A stretch of DNA of 63,288 nucleotides, the filler included. It is 5 parts of 5 records of this genome, joined end to end, with 100 filler letters (N's around TTAATTAATTAA, not from the genome) between each part and the next. Parts side by side here need not be neighbours in the genome. Positions count along the whole stretch, not along the records: positions 29,552 to 47,186 come from SRR31156797_4260; positions 47,287 to 63,288 come from SRR31156797_4270; 3 more parts are not named here. One strand, given 5' to 3'. The translations under genes and the position numbers were made by a program. Of the stretch, positions 40,457 through 51,993 are shown piece by piece (position 1 is the stretch's first letter; each line of letters begins with the position of its first letter). The notes below the pieces were generated by a model, which did not search any database, was not told the origin of the DNA, and worked only from the letters and a program-made list of their open reading frames with translations.

Positions 40457-41953
40457 ATGAAGTATGTAGCAGGTATCGATGTTGGAACATCAGGTGTAAA
40501 GTGTATTATCATTGACGAAAACGGCAAAGTAATATCGTCAGCAACAGAAAATTATGATTTAATAATTCCACAAGCAGGCTGGTCTGAACAAGACCCGGAA
40601 AGCTGGTGGGAAGGAACTAAAGTCGCAATGAAAAAAGCGATTACTGACAGTAAAGTTGACAATAAAGATATTATTGGCTTAGGTTTTTCTGGACAGATGC
40701 ATGGGCTGGTTGCCATGGATGATAATAACCAAGTAATTCGAAATGCCATACTTTGGAATGACCAAAGGACGCAAGCTGAATGTGATGAAATAATAGAAAA
40801 AGCAGGTGGGCTTGACAAGTTGACATCCTATACAAATAATACAATGCTTACCGGTTTTACTGGCGGTAAAATATTGTGGTTGAAGAAGAATGAACCTGAT
40901 AATTATAAGAAAATGAAGTATTTCTTCATGCCAAAAGACTATATAAGATATAAATTCACAAATGAAATCTATACAGAAGTATCAGATGCTTCAGGTACAG
41001 GACTATTTGATGTTGAGAAAAGAACATGGAATTTTGATATAATCGAAAAAATCGGCTTAAACAGTGATGCTTTTGTCAAATCCGTCGAATCTGATGAAGT
41101 AGCAGGATTTGTTACAGAACAAGCTGGAGATGATACCGGTCTTGCTGTAGGTACTAAAGTATTTGCAGGCGGCGGTGATGCAGTTATCCAGTCTACAGGC
41201 ATGGGAATTGTAAGGGAAGGTGTTGTTGGACTTATTATAGGTACCTCAGGTATTGTATCCATGGCTTTAGATGGATTTGGCGAAAACAAAAACGGTGCAT
41301 TACAATTCTTCTGTAATAACTCAGCTGATAAATGGTCTGCATTTGGATGTCAATTGTCTTCTGGCGGTTCACTAGAATGGTATAAGAATACATTCTTCGA
41401 TAATTACGAAGACCCATTCAAAGAGATTAATGAAGGCGTTGCTAATTCTTCCGTAGGCTCAAATGGAGTAATCTTCCTCCCCTATCTCTCAGGCGAAAGA
41501 TGTCCTCATGCTAATCCAGATGCCCGTGGTGTATTCTATGGTCTGTCTCTCCAAAATACAAAAGGCGATATGACCAGAAGCGTTATGGAGGGAGTAACAT
41601 TTGGTTTAAAGGAAATATACGACTTAATAAAAGTCGCGAAACCAGATATGCAACCAAAGGAAATAATATCTTCCGGAGGTGGCAGCAAAAGCGCAGCATG
41701 GAGACAAATACAAGCTGATATATTCAACCTACCTGTAAAAACATTGACTGGTGCTGGAGAAGGCGGTGCTTATGGTGCAGCTATTGTTGCAGGTGTGGGA
41801 TTAGGAATATGGCCTTCATTAGAAGAAGCATCAAATGTATTGGCTATGGAAACACTTACTTTGCCTATTTCCAAAAATGTAGAAGAATACAAAGCAGTAT
41901 TTGCTAAGTATCAGCAATTATATAAAGATTTGGAAGAGTCCTTTAGCAGATAA
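40457..41953 (+). CDS. xylB: Xylulokinase (FGGY kinase)
   Basis: GIDVGTSG, SGQMHG, ILWNDQRT, SDASGT, LPYLSGER. Confidence 0.85.
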   Translation: MKYVAGIDVGTSGVKCIIIDENGKVISSATENYDLIIPQAGWSEQDPESWWEGTKVAMKKAITDSKVDNKDIIGLGFSGQMHGLVAMDDNNQVIRNAILWNDQRTQAECDEIIEKAGGLDKLTSYTNNTMLTGFTGGKILWLKKNEPDNYKKMKYFFMPKDYIRYKFTNEIYTEVSDASGTGLFDVEKRTWNFDIIEKIGLNSDAFVKSVESDEVAGFVTEQAGDDTGLAVGTKVFAGGGDAVIQSTGMGIVREGVVGLIIGTSGIVSMALDGFGENKNGALQFFCNNSADKWSAFGCQLSSGGSLEWYKNTFFDNYEDPFKEINEGVANSSVGSNGVIFLPYLSGERCPHANPDARGVFYGLSLQNTKGDMTRSVMEGVTFGLKEIYDLIKVAKPDMQPKEIISSGGGSKSAAWRQIQADIFNLPVKTLTGAGEGGAYGAAIVAGVGLGIWPSLEEASNVLAMETLTLPISKNVEEYKAVFAKYQQLYKDLEESFSR

Positions 41954-41973
41954 TTTCATTTTGCATATATAAT

Positions 41974-41999
41974 AAGAGAGCTGTCAAAAGCTCTCTTTT
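41974..41999. terminator. Terminator between convergent genes
   Basis: AAGAGAGCT-GTCAAA-AGCTCTCTTTT. Confidence 0.75.
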
Positions 42000-42023
42000 A
42001 TAATATTCATATTTATAATGCTT

Positions 42024-42707
42024 TTATTTTTGAGACATAATATATTTCTCAGCGATATCAATATCAATTGGTTCATTAATATCAATGCCTTCAATTTCAT
42101 CAATTACAAATCCTGTTGGATTCTTTCCTAATATAAAATTTGTTTCTATTAGAGAATCAATCTGGGTGATATATATTGCAGAATCTTCAATATACAATGG
42201 CTCTCTCTCTTGTCGTCTCCTAGGTGCATTGGGATACAGCCTTGAGAAATTATTCTCAGCATCTTTAACCCAATGGTCATTATATGTTGCATGAAGAGAA
42301 AGCATAGCATCATGGGTATCCGAAACCGATAAATATTCTTCATAGCACTTTTTCACAGTTTCTGCTTTCCTCAATGGGCTGGTCGCAGGAAGAGTCATAA
42401 TATGTTCATACTCAATGCCTAATTCTTCCTTGCAATATTTAATAGCGTGAATTAAAGCACTTTCTGTGCTGGCTGTATCATGAGATATAGATTCAGGTCG
42501 CTTGATAATTATTACTTCTTTATACCTTCTAGCAACTTCCGTTATTTTCTCACTATCAGTACTAACTACAATATCACATTCAATACTAGAATTTATTGCA
42601 CATTCAATAGCATATTCCAGCAGCGGCTTGCCGCAGACTGGATAAATATTTTTTAGAGGTATACCCTTTGATCCACCTCTGGCAGGAATAACAATTAATA
42701 ATTTCAA
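42024..42707 (-). CDS. neuA: Acylneuraminate cytidylyltransferase (NeuA-like)
   Basis: IPARGGSKGIPLKN, TSPLR, IDINEPID; TTG start at 42707 after AGAGGT RBS. Confidence 0.85.
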   Translation of the reverse strand: MKLLIVIPARGGSKGIPLKNIYPVCGKPLLEYAIECAINSSIECDIVVSTDSEKITEVARRYKEVIIIKRPESISHDTASTESALIHAIKYCKEELGIEYEHIMTLPATSPLRKAETVKKCYEEYLSVSDTHDAMLSLHATYNDHWVKDAENNFSRLYPNAPRRRQEREPLYIEDSAIYITQIDSLIETNFILGKNPTGFVIDEIEGIDINEPIDIDIAEKYIMSQK

Positions 42708-42708
42708 A

Positions 42709-43065
42709 TTATACCTCTTTTGTTTCCAGATACTCAAAAATATCGTCCAGAGTAATAATATCAATCAGTTTGAAGTCATTACTGATTATTGGTATCAAAG
42801 TAATTCTCTTTTTAAATATTTTATATGCCTTTTCCATATCTTTGTTTTTAAGATATATGAAATTTGTATTTTGTACATGCTTACATTGGGAATGAAGTTC
42901 TACTCCGTCAAGAATACCTCTGATAATATCGCCCTGACTAATAACACCGACTAATTTCCCATCATTGTTAACAGTAAAGATATTCCTGTTTCGATTTTTT
43001 TGAATTATATCTACTGCGGTGATAATCGTTTCACTTTCGTTAATATAGAAATCCTGTAAATTCAT
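42709..43065 (-). CDS. Stand-alone CBS-domain protein
   Basis: GKLVGVISQGDI CBS pair; ATG 43065 with AAGGAG RBS. Confidence 0.8.
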   Translation of the reverse strand: MNLQDFYINESETIITAVDIIQKNRNRNIFTVNNDGKLVGVISQGDIIRGILDGVELHSQCKHVQNTNFIYLKNKDMEKAYKIFKKRITLIPIISNDFKLIDIITLDDIFEYLETKEV

Positions 43066-43228
43066 TTTAACTCCTTGTATAATATACATAGTCAGAAATT
43101 AACTTTATTGTACATATCCGATTATGTATGTGCTTAGTCAATGGATTTAAATAAATAAGAGACTAGCAACACAATCACTATGTAGTTCATCTTCTAGCTA
43201 TAATTTCGCCTTTATTTCATAAAAGCTC

Positions 43229-44368
43229 TTAATAGGTTAATTTCTTGATTAACAGTTTGTTGTCAACTTTCGTATTCAGTAGTATGTCCAGTATTCTCTT
43301 GGTTGATTTACCGTCACCATATGGATTTACACATTCTTTATTCAAATAATCTCTGAATTCAGCAGATATCGCCTTGTTAACTGCATCAATAATCTCTTTC
43401 TCGTCAAAATCAATATCAATTACGTTTATCCCACGGAACCTCATATCCTGCCGTCTGCCGATGTTTACTGCGGGAATCTTGAAAGTTGGTGCTTCAAGAA
43501 GTCCAGAACTGGAGTTGCCTACAATTGCCTGACAATTCTTTAGTAATCCCAAATAATCCTGCCTTTGCAGATTAGCATACATGTGGTACTCGCCTTCTTT
43601 GTATTGATTTATTGCCTTGGAAATTTCAGACGAACCTGCATCATTATTTGGCATAATCATAATCTTTTTTAGATTTATCTTGTTAAGTGCCTTTATCAAG
43701 ATTTCTGCCTGAGAAGATGCATACATATATTCTTCTGTTACAGGATGAATAACTGTTAATAGATAACCACCAGACAAATCAACAATAAGTTTATCTTCTA
43801 GTTCCTCTATCTCAGTATATTCGCTGTTGACCATTTCATCTATCTGTGGCGCACCTACGTTATGTACTCTAAATGGCTGCTCTCCCAAATTTATCAATCT
43901 GTCAGCTGCATCCTGGTTTGCTGCTAAGTGTACATGAGTATATTTACCGATAGAATGTCTCGTCATTCCGTCAATATTGCCTGAAAGTTCCCCAGCCTGA
44001 ATATGGGCTACTGGTGTGTAAGTAAACCCCCCTACAATAGCACCGACTAATTGCTCTCCTCTGTCTCCTGCTAATAGTATCCAGTCTGGTTTTTCATTTT
44101 CAACAATATCAGGAAGTGAGGTCAAGAATATTCCTAGTGACTTTGCCTGTGTATAGTGATTATATCCATCCAGAGACATATTTACCTTGTAATGTATCTT
44201 AAATCCATCGTTTTCAATCTCTTTATAAGAGCTGCCAAATGCCTTTAATAAATGCATATTTGTAACAATTAAGCAGTACTCTACCCCATCTGTAGCATCT
44301 ATTTGCTTTAACAAAGGTCTGATATAGCCCCATTCGCCTCTAGACCCTGTTATTATCATTATTTTCAT
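43229..44368 (-). CDS. neuC: Hydrolysing UDP-GlcNAc 2-epimerase (NeuC-like)
   Basis: TGSRGEWG, AGDRGE, VGNSSSGLLEAP, NPYGDG. Confidence 0.9.
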   Translation of the reverse strand: MKIMIITGSRGEWGYIRPLLKQIDATDGVEYCLIVTNMHLLKAFGSSYKEIENDGFKIHYKVNMSLDGYNHYTQAKSLGIFLTSLPDIVENEKPDWILLAGDRGEQLVGAIVGGFTYTPVAHIQAGELSGNIDGMTRHSIGKYTHVHLAANQDAADRLINLGEQPFRVHNVGAPQIDEMVNSEYTEIEELEDKLIVDLSGGYLLTVIHPVTEEYMYASSQAEILIKALNKINLKKIMIMPNNDAGSSEISKAINQYKEGEYHMYANLQRQDYLGLLKNCQAIVGNSSSGLLEAPTFKIPAVNIGRRQDMRFRGINVIDIDFDEKEIIDAVNKAISAEFRDYLNKECVNPYGDGKSTKRILDILLNTKVDNKLLIKKLTY

Positions 44369-44403
44369 CGTATGTTAATCCACACCTTTCAATATATAAA
44401 TAA

Positions 44404-45429
44404 CTACTTAATATCTTCTTTTAGAATTAAGCTGTTAGCTTTTATATCTCTTTTTGCAATCTTGCCCAGTACTTCACTCATTTTATATGAAGGAATACCA
44501 TTTCCGGGTCTCTTTGACCAAATCATTTCCTGAGTAATAACATCACCCTTTTTAATATCCTTTATAGATACAATCGAACGGAATGCCCATTCACGTATTG
44601 CTTTTTCCTTTTCGTGAACTTCTTTCTTATCACCGCTTGCTAATTTCACTTTTTTTACGCCATCGATCAAATTTTTTAAATCATTAAAATCAATTGAAAC
44701 AGATTGGTCAGGACCTTTTGTCAGCTTATCAATAATTACATGCTTTTCAATAATAGCAGCTCCTAATCCAACTGCTGCATAACAAGTATACAAATCCGGT
44801 GTATGATCCGAATGCCCGATTACTGCTTTATCATATCGTTTAATCATCTTTGGAATTACATTAAGGTTTATATCCTCGTAAACAGGCGGATATTCAGATA
44901 CACAATTGGTAAAAGCTAAAGGAATATCATACTTTATTAAAGCGTTATATGTTCTGTCTATTTCCGCAAATGTACACATGCCAGTAGAAATAATCATAGG
45001 CTTTCCCAGCTTGGCAATAGCTTCTAAGCTAGGAATATCTGTCATTTCACCTGAACCTATCTTGAATGCATCTACACCAATTTTATTAATCTCTTGAGCT
45101 GCTTTTAAGGAAAATGGTGTGCACAGATACCGTATTCCAATACTCTTGCAATAATCCATCAGCTGTTTATGCTCATCCAAGGTCAACGCATATAGTTTCA
45201 AAAAATCATACAACGGAATATCAAAATTGTCAGACATGGGAACATCTTTTAGCATTTCTTCATCTGGTAAATGATGCTGAAATTTAATAGCATCACTGCC
45301 AGCTAGTTTAGCCAAACGGGCCATTTCCTTAGCTGTTTCAAGAGAACCCATGTGATTGTCACAACCCTCTGCTATAACATATACACTCTCTTTATACCCT
45401 ATCTTCCTATCACCAATTACAAAGTCCAT
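44404..45429 (-). CDS. neuB: N-acetylneuraminate synthase family protein (NeuB-like)
   Basis: IAEGCDNHMG, KIGSGE, STGM, GHSDHT, IEKH, KRPGNGI. Confidence 0.92.
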   Translation of the reverse strand: MDFVIGDRKIGYKESVYVIAEGCDNHMGSLETAKEMARLAKLAGSDAIKFQHHLPDEEMLKDVPMSDNFDIPLYDFLKLYALTLDEHKQLMDYCKSIGIRYLCTPFSLKAAQEINKIGVDAFKIGSGEMTDIPSLEAIAKLGKPMIISTGMCTFAEIDRTYNALIKYDIPLAFTNCVSEYPPVYEDINLNVIPKMIKRYDKAVIGHSDHTPDLYTCYAAVGLGAAIIEKHVIIDKLTKGPDQSVSIDFNDLKNLIDGVKKVKLASGDKKEVHEKEKAIREWAFRSIVSIKDIKKGDVITQEMIWSKRPGNGIPSYKMSEVLGKIAKRDIKANSLILKEDIK

Positions 45430-45639
45430 ATCGTTACTCCTAGATAATTTAACTTATTATATATTACCACAAAATCATTTATTTTGGTATATTATTAGAA
45501 ATAAAAAATATTTATAAATTATTACATTTAACTTATATATCTACACGGATTATCGTTAGGTTAAATATTTATAAATTATGAAATAATTTTAATATTGTGT
45601 GCTATTATATTTTAAACTTTTACAGGAGTTATATTTATT

Positions 45640-46726
45640 ATGATGATAAATTCAATGATTAAATGGATTGTAATTACTTTAAAAGGATTATTATCTATCA
45701 TGTTATTAACTATTCCATTATTCAAATTGATAAATGCCAGTAGAACCAAGATTAATACTGACAGCAGAATACAAGAAAATCTTTATATTGAAATTGGCGG
45801 AATAAATCAGTATTTACAGATACGAGGAAATGATAAAGATAATCCAGTTATTCTATTTCTCCATGGCGGCCCTGGTTTCCCCCTGTCCTATTTATCAACT
45901 TATTATCAGACAGACTAGAGGATGATTATACATTTATATGCTGGGATTAGCGTGGCTGCGGCACAACATATTACGCAAATGCAGACAGCGGTGAGCTATC
46001 AATTGATAATTTAATTAATGATATTAGTGAAATAATAGCATACATAAAGGCTAATATTAATGATGATAAGGTTATCATAATGGGTCAGTCATGGGGTGCA
46101 GTATCTATGCTCAGTAATGCCCTCAGAATGTACAATCATTTATTGGCATTGGTCAGGTAATTGATTTTGATAAAGGTAAAGTATATTTTGGAGAAAAAGC
46201 TCTGGAAATTGCGAATACTAATGGAGATGCAAAAAATGCAAATAAGCTTAAAACATCAATTTCTGAATTTAAGAAAACCACTGATATAGTTAATATCAAT
46301 ATTGAAAACTTAGAAAATCTGATAATTAGATTAATGGAGTACCTAAAAGGCAGTGAAGAGATTACTGGTTTACAACAAATGTGGGCAGGTATTACTTCAC
46401 CAAATATGAATTTTAATGATATTAAATGGTTTTTTAATGCATCGAGTACTGAAAAAATCATAAATCTTGAAATGTAATTAATAAACTATATGTATAATGA
46501 ATTCAATATATATGAGATAGATAGCAAGTATCAGGTTCCGGTATTCTATATACAGGGTACAAATGATTACATAACACCTACTGACATGGTTATTGAATAT
46601 TATGAAACTATTAGTGCACCAAGAAAAAATTTATATACGATACAAGACTGCGGACATACACCATTTCTCGATAACCCAGAAGTATTTGCGAAATATGTAA
46701 AGGAAGCTCTTGATTCAATATGTTAG
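45640..46726 (+). pseudogene. Disrupted alpha/beta hydrolase (proline iminopeptidase-like)
   Basis: LHGGPG; frameshift near 45916; WD*RG (TAG 45948-45950); GQSWG; further frameshift and stops; C-terminal QGTNDYITP..GHTP. Confidence 0.85.
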
Positions 46727-47129
46727 GATGTATTATAGGTTATATTATATGTATAATAATATCTTTCAATATAAGCTTATTGTATAATTAAATTCGACCT
46801 ATTTCTTATCTATAGTAACATATAGTAACAATTACTATACATTCTTCAATTCCTCTCAATATCAGATAATTTATCAGTCATTTCCCGGATTTTCAACCAT
46901 CAGTAAAAGTTATTATATTACTGCCATGTTATGACAAAACGATCAACCCCATACACTATAATGAAATAAGACAAAACCCCTAAACATACTGCTTAGGGAT
47001 TTTTGCTCTTATTACCGAAGGCTCTGATTATAAAAAGGTTATACCAGATATAGAACCCCTTAAAGTGCACCTTAAAAGAATAGAATAAGCGGTACAAACC
47101 GCAGAGCAATCACGTAATAGTAAAGCAAA

Positions 47130-47155
47130 AGACGTATCCTTTGTGGAATACGTCT
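47130..47155 (-). terminator. Terminator downstream of tRNA
   Basis: AGACGTAT..ATACGTCT hairpin with short T-tract on minus strand. Confidence 0.6.
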
Positions 47156-47156
47156 C

Positions 47157-47186
47157 TGGTGCCGAAGGCCGGACTCGAACCGGCAC
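47157..47186 (-). tRNA. tRNA 3' fragment (probably Leu), truncated by gap
   Basis: Reverse strand GTGCCGGTTCGAGTCCGGCCTTCGGCACCA: T-arm plus ACCA; anticodon not visible. Confidence 0.75.
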
Positions 47187-47286
47187 NNNNNNNNNNNNNN
47201 NNNNNNNNNNNNNNNNNNNNNNNNNNNNNNTTAATTAATTAANNNNNNNNNNNNNNNNNNNNNNNNNNNNNNNNNNNNNNNNNNNN
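47187..47286. other. Artificial contig spacer
   Basis: N-run with TTAATTAATTAA. Confidence 0.99.
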
Positions 47287-47592
<306 letters not shown>

Positions 47593-47768
47593 CTAGCTCC
47601 TGAATTACTTAAAGTAAGCTTTGTGAAAAATCTATCCCTACTCACAATGCGTAAATAGGGACGCAAAATTCTATGCACCAGTGGGAGGTGTGTCAAGAAA
47701 TATACAGATCTTTTTTTAGCCCGTTTTTGGGCAAGAAGTGGTACTGAATACAAATGAGAAGAGTAAAG

Positions 47769-48044
47769 TCACCAAGATATTGATTTATCGTGATTTATAG
47801 TGAGTTCGACAAAATCAAACCTATTGATGATTTGAATTGTTGTCGCACACTTTTTTAGCCAGCCACGAGCTTGCAGATCCTCTTGCAAAACATAGATGCC
47901 ATTAACCTTTCTAATGTGAGCAAAATACTCCGTATTTTCAGCTACAGCATAGACAGCATTTTCCGTTAACAACAAAATGTCTGAAGGTTGTAGGTAACGT
48001 TGAACAAGCTTTAGCTTTTCTAGCGATTTAACAATATGTAACAA
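47769..48044 (-). CDS. tusB: Sulfur relay protein TusB
   Basis: MLHIVKS..LLTENAVY..EDLQARG..SISW; operon position. Confidence 0.9.
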   Translation of the reverse strand: MLHIVKSLEKLKLVQRYLQPSDILLLTENAVYAVAENTEYFAHIRKVNGIYVLQEDLQARGWLKKCATTIQIINRFDFVELTINHDKSISW

Positions 48045-48054
48045 GCCAAATACC

Positions 48055-48411
48055 TCAGAAAGTCAGCAACTGATCAAACTTATCCCATTCGACAGCCATC
48101 TCTTGTGGTGAGAGAAGTTGTCCGTCGATGATAAGATCATTTTCATCTACGCCCCAATCCTGCATGCTTTGCTCACAGATAAAGCGTTGTTCAATGTCAT
48201 AAAGGTCCAGCAACTTAAAGGCACTGATATAATCTCGACTGAGGACTTGCGCAGGATCTTGTTCCTTCAACAACTGCAAAACACCTTCGCCGACAAAGAA
48301 AATAGCGAGTTCTTCTGAATACGCAGAAGCGGCCAATAATGCATCGAGCCCTTCTCTCCCTGATGAGATTGCATGCGGAGCGGAATGAAATATAAAAGCG
48401 ACTTTCTTCAA
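48055..48411 (-). CDS. tusC: Sulfur relay protein TusC
   Basis: [18 protein letters not shown]. Confidence 0.93.
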   Translation of the reverse strand: MKKVAFIFHSAPHAISSGREGLDALLAASAYSEELAIFFVGEGVLQLLKEQDPAQVLSRDYISAFKLLDLYDIEQRFICEQSMQDWGVDENDLIIDGQLLSPQEMAVEWDKFDQLLTF

Positions 48412-48815
48412 AATTGCACCACTCTGTCTTGGCTAAGTAACGCCTCTGCCAGACTACCTAAACCCGACTGTTCAAACTGTTCAGCTAAGTTATTGGATGA
48501 CAACTGATGCTGGTTCGCTTCCGCCTCACCAATCACACCTCGGCGCAATGCTGCAGCAACGCAGGTTTCTAAACGCACCTGATGCTTTACTGCTAATGTT
48601 TGCCAGGCTTTGACCAGGTCAAATTCATCATTGGCAGGCACGGTTAAAGCCGAACCATTAAACACACCATCTTGATAGAAAAAGACACTTTTCAACTGGT
48701 GACCTTTTTCTATCAGAGCTTGTGCAAACAGGTAGGCATTACGTGCCGATTGGGTTCCATAGACAGAGCCGTTAACCAATAAAGTGTAGGTTAACGAGAC
48801 TTCGCCAGAACTCAC
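48408..48815 (-). CDS. tusD: Sulfurtransferase TusD
   Basis: [26 protein letters not shown]. Confidence 0.95.
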   Translation of the reverse strand: MSSGEVSLTYTLLVNGSVYGTQSARNAYLFAQALIEKGHQLKSVFFYQDGVFNGSALTVPANDEFDLVKAWQTLAVKHQVRLETCVAAALRRGVIGEAEANQHQLSSNNLAEQFEQSGLGSLAEALLSQDRVVQF

Positions 48816-49537
48816 GCTTCATCATCCTCAGTTTTACGCTGACGGATATAAAGATACACAGTGTGCTTAGAAATATTTAAGCGGTCAGCAACACGGTTAA
48901 TCGCATCTTTGATATCGAAGATACCTTTATCGAACAGAGCCATCACTATCTGGCGGTTCTTGGTGTTGTTTGATACGGTCTTGTCGGTATTGATCTCTTC
49001 AATCGTACGCTCAACCGTTTGGTCCACCAGCTCTTCAACATCACTAGCAAAGTTCACTGACGACGCGGCATCTTTGGCTTCTTGAGTTGGCATAAATGAC
49101 TGAAGCACTTGCGAGAATGGTGCGTCTAAGTTGACGTTGATACACAGCAAGCCAATCACTCGATTTTCTCCATTACGAATTGCGACCGTAATGGACTTCA
49201 TCAAAACGCCACCTTTAGCGCGGGTAAAGTACGAGCGCGAGAAGTTACGTTCGGAGCCTTCTATGTCACGCAGCATCTTTAATGCTAAATCGGTGATAGG
49301 AGAACCAACCTGGCGACCTGTATTTTCACCGTTGGCAATTTTAATCGCAGAGGTATTCAAATCTTCCAATGAGTGCAAAACAATTTCACAGAAAGGGCCG
49401 ATCAAGCTGGCGATGCCGTCTACAACGGCTTCATAAGAACGCAAAATGACTTTGTCATGTTCGCTGAATGGCTTCACATGGACAGATTCCATTTCTAGCA
49501 GCATGTCAGCATTGTTAAAAGTTTCTGTTGTTGTCAC
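48812..49537 (-). CDS. yheO: YheO-like PAS/HTH transcriptional regulator
   Basis: [35 protein letters not shown]. Confidence 0.9.
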   Translation of the reverse strand: MTTTETFNNADMLLEMESVHVKPFSEHDKVILRSYEAVVDGIASLIGPFCEIVLHSLEDLNTSAIKIANGENTGRQVGSPITDLALKMLRDIEGSERNFSRSYFTRAKGGVLMKSITVAIRNGENRVIGLLCINVNLDAPFSQVLQSFMPTQEAKDAASSVNFASDVEELVDQTVERTIEEINTDKTVSNNTKNRQIVMALFDKGIFDIKDAINRVADRLNISKHTVYLYIRQRKTEDDEA

Positions 49538-49716
49538 TGTACTTCGACCTTAAAAGTAAAAATCAACAAATTGGTGTAAGTTTATCAGAAAATTTGACTC
49601 GGTTAGTTAGCTATATCACTTACAACTGATTTGAAACAAAATATGTGTTCAATCTCACTTATATAACCAGTTGAAAGCAAAGTGTAAGGATGAATATCCC
49701 TTTAGGCACCACAAAG

Positions 49717-49743
49717 AAAAGGCCTGAACGAATCAGGCCTTTT
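49717..49743 (-). terminator. fkpA terminator
   Basis: AAAAGGCCTGA-ACGAA-TCAGGCCTTTT. Confidence 0.8.
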
Positions 49744-49765
49744 GCAAAATCGACTGGTGAGTTAC

Positions 49766-50539
49766 TTATTGTGCAGCTTCTTCACCGTTATCAATTTTTA
49801 GCAACTCAACTTCAAATACGAGTGTTGAGTTCGCTGGAATGGTTGGTGTGTCTTGTTCGCCATACGCAAGTTCAGGCGGGATAACAAACTTAAACTTAGA
49901 ACCCACAGGCATTAACTGCACGCCTTCTGTCCAACCAGGGATAACACGGTTTAGAGGGAAGGTAGCGGGTTCACCACGATCGTATGAGCTATCAAACTGA
50001 GTACCATCCGTTAACGTACCTTTGTAATGAACTTGAACCGTATCAGTGTCTTTAGGCTGCTCACCTTCCGCTGGGGTGATCACTTGGTAAAGTAAACCAG
50101 ATTCTGTTTTCTTCACGCCTTCTTGTTTTTCAAACTCTGAACGGAATGTCTCACCTGCTTCTTTGTTTGCTGCCGCTTTTTCAGCTGCTTGAGCTTGCAT
50201 GGTTTCCGCTACGCGCTTATCCAATGCTTCTAATGCTACACGAGTCTCTTCTTCTGTTAGCTCTGCTTTGCCAGCAAAAACATGTTCGATACCTTGAAGA
50301 ACGATATCTTTGTTCAATTCAATACCGATCTCACGAGGCTTATCTAAACTCGTATTCAAGTAGTTTGCAAAAGAGACACCGATTGCGTATGCCGCTTTAT
50401 CATCGTCCGTTTTAAAAGTGACTGCTTGTTGCTCTTGTGCTGCCGGAGTTGCTTCCGCTTTCGGGGCTTCATCTTTTTGGCAACCGACTGCAAGCATTAC
50501 CGTTGCAGCTAGCAGTGACACTTTAAATAGTGATTTCAT
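49766..50539 (-). CDS. fkpA: FKBP-type peptidyl-prolyl isomerase FkpA
   Basis: Lipobox-like [36 protein letters not shown]. Confidence 0.95.
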   Translation of the reverse strand: MKSLFKVSLLAATVMLAVGCQKDEAPKAEATPAAQEQQAVTFKTDDDKAAYAIGVSFANYLNTSLDKPREIGIELNKDIVLQGIEHVFAGKAELTEEETRVALEALDKRVAETMQAQAAEKAAANKEAGETFRSEFEKQEGVKKTESGLLYQVITPAEGEQPKDTDTVQVHYKGTLTDGTQFDSSYDRGEPATFPLNRVIPGWTEGVQLMPVGSKFKFVIPPELAYGEQDTPTIPANSTLVFEVELLKIDNGEEAAQ

Positions 50540-50753
50540 TTAATTCTCCAATTTGTTGGCAAAGCTTTTGTTATTATGCACAAAATTTACGTTGTCGCTG
50601 GTGCATAACAAAAAGTTGTACCAATATAGCGGTATGTTTTGTGATTGTCTCTAAGGTCTTGTGACCTTTCGCAATTAAAACGGTTCTTAACTCGAACAAA
50701 GTTTAACCCCAAGAGGTTAATAGCCCTATTCACTGAGCGGATAATTAGACCTA

Positions 50754-51734
50754 ATGCGGATAATCTACCATCTGACACTCTATTTTATTGTCATTGTTAC
50801 GTTAAACGGCTGCTTTTTCACAGGAAAAGAACTTGAGCGCTGGAATCTCGAGCCCAACGGTTCAACCAGCTTTGGGTTAAGTAGAGACGGTCGCTTCGCT
50901 CTGATCTATTCCAAAGAGCATCAATTAGTGCTTTGGGACCTTAGCACTCGTGAAAAACTGGCTGATCTCGGTCCACAAGATCCACAACAAAATACCGTCT
51001 CCCGCATCCGTCTTTCAGACAATGGACAATTTGCTGTCACAGCCAGTCAAATCAACTTTGCCGTTTGGGATTTAGCTTGGTCACAAGCAAAAGGCTTATG
51101 GTCAATCTCTGACGGTTTAATTCGCGACATTGATATCAGTAGCGATGGTCAACAAGTCTTACTCGGTCTTTCCAATGGCAAAGCCATATACGTCGATTTA
51201 GTCAGCGGAAGACGGATGGAGTTCCTTGCTCACCAAGAAAAAGTCAATTCCGTCGCTCTTGCTCCAAATGGGCGCTACGCGCTTACTGGAGGCAACGACT
51301 ATAAAGCTTACTTTTGGGACACCAAAACTGGACAAATATTGCATACCTTTGAACACGAACAACGAGTCAACCGCGTTGCTCTACAACGGGACGGCGAACT
51401 CGCATTTACTTCCGATGGTGGAAATCAGGCATTTGTTTGGGAACTCCCTTCTGGTCTGAAAAAATCTCAACTAAGCAGTTTTTCACGTCAGCTTATCTTT
51501 TCCAGCGCTCGTTTTTCAGATTCTGGCGATAAACTCGTGACAGGCACACCATCAAGCAGAGTAGAAGTCTGGAACACAGAGAGTGGTAAAAAACAGTCTA
51601 CATTCGAAGCTGAACCGCTAAAAGATACTCGCCCACCTCGAGCAGTAGTGTATGATGCGGTTTTTGATTCTCAGAATAGAATAGTTTCAGGAAGCTCTGC
51701 TGGAATTGCTCAAGCATGGCAGCTTGATAACTGA
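50754..51734 (+). CDS. WD40-repeat lipoprotein
   Basis: LNGC lipobox; repeated WD/WE/WN blades. Confidence 0.85.
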   Translation: MRIIYHLTLYFIVIVTLNGCFFTGKELERWNLEPNGSTSFGLSRDGRFALIYSKEHQLVLWDLSTREKLADLGPQDPQQNTVSRIRLSDNGQFAVTASQINFAVWDLAWSQAKGLWSISDGLIRDIDISSDGQQVLLGLSNGKAIYVDLVSGRRMEFLAHQEKVNSVALAPNGRYALTGGNDYKAYFWDTKTGQILHTFEHEQRVNRVALQRDGELAFTSDGGNQAFVWELPSGLKKSQLSSFSRQLIFSSARFSDSGDKLVTGTPSSRVEVWNTESGKKQSTFEAEPLKDTRPPRAVVYDAVFDSQNRIVSGSSAGIAQAWQLDN

Positions 51735-51754
51735 AGCCTAGAATTGGTATTACG

Positions 51755-51970
51755 ATGACAGAACAACTTCAACAACGTATTGATGACCTCGAATGCAAAG
51801 TCGCATTTCAGGAGCAAACCATTGATGAACTGAACGAAGCGCTTGCGCAACAGCAGTTATTAATCAATAAAATGCAAGATCAAATGAAATATGTGGTTGG
51901 TAAAATGAAAAACATGGAAACGTCAAACATGGCAGATCCAAATAAAGAACCGCCACCACCGCACTACTAG
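51755..51970 (+). CDS. slyX: SlyX family protein
   Basis: LECKVAFQEQTIDELN..EPPPPHY. Confidence 0.93.
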   Translation: MTEQLQQRIDDLECKVAFQEQTIDELNEALAQQQLLINKMQDQMKYVVGKMKNMETSNMADPNKEPPPPHY

Positions 51971-51993
51971 TTAATGGTTTATAAATAATCGGA

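Noticed and set aside
7555-47286. Repeated TTAATTAATTAA within N-runs and abrupt taxonomic shifts
   Set aside because: Artificial concatenation spacers; not biological repeats or evidence of horizontal transfer.
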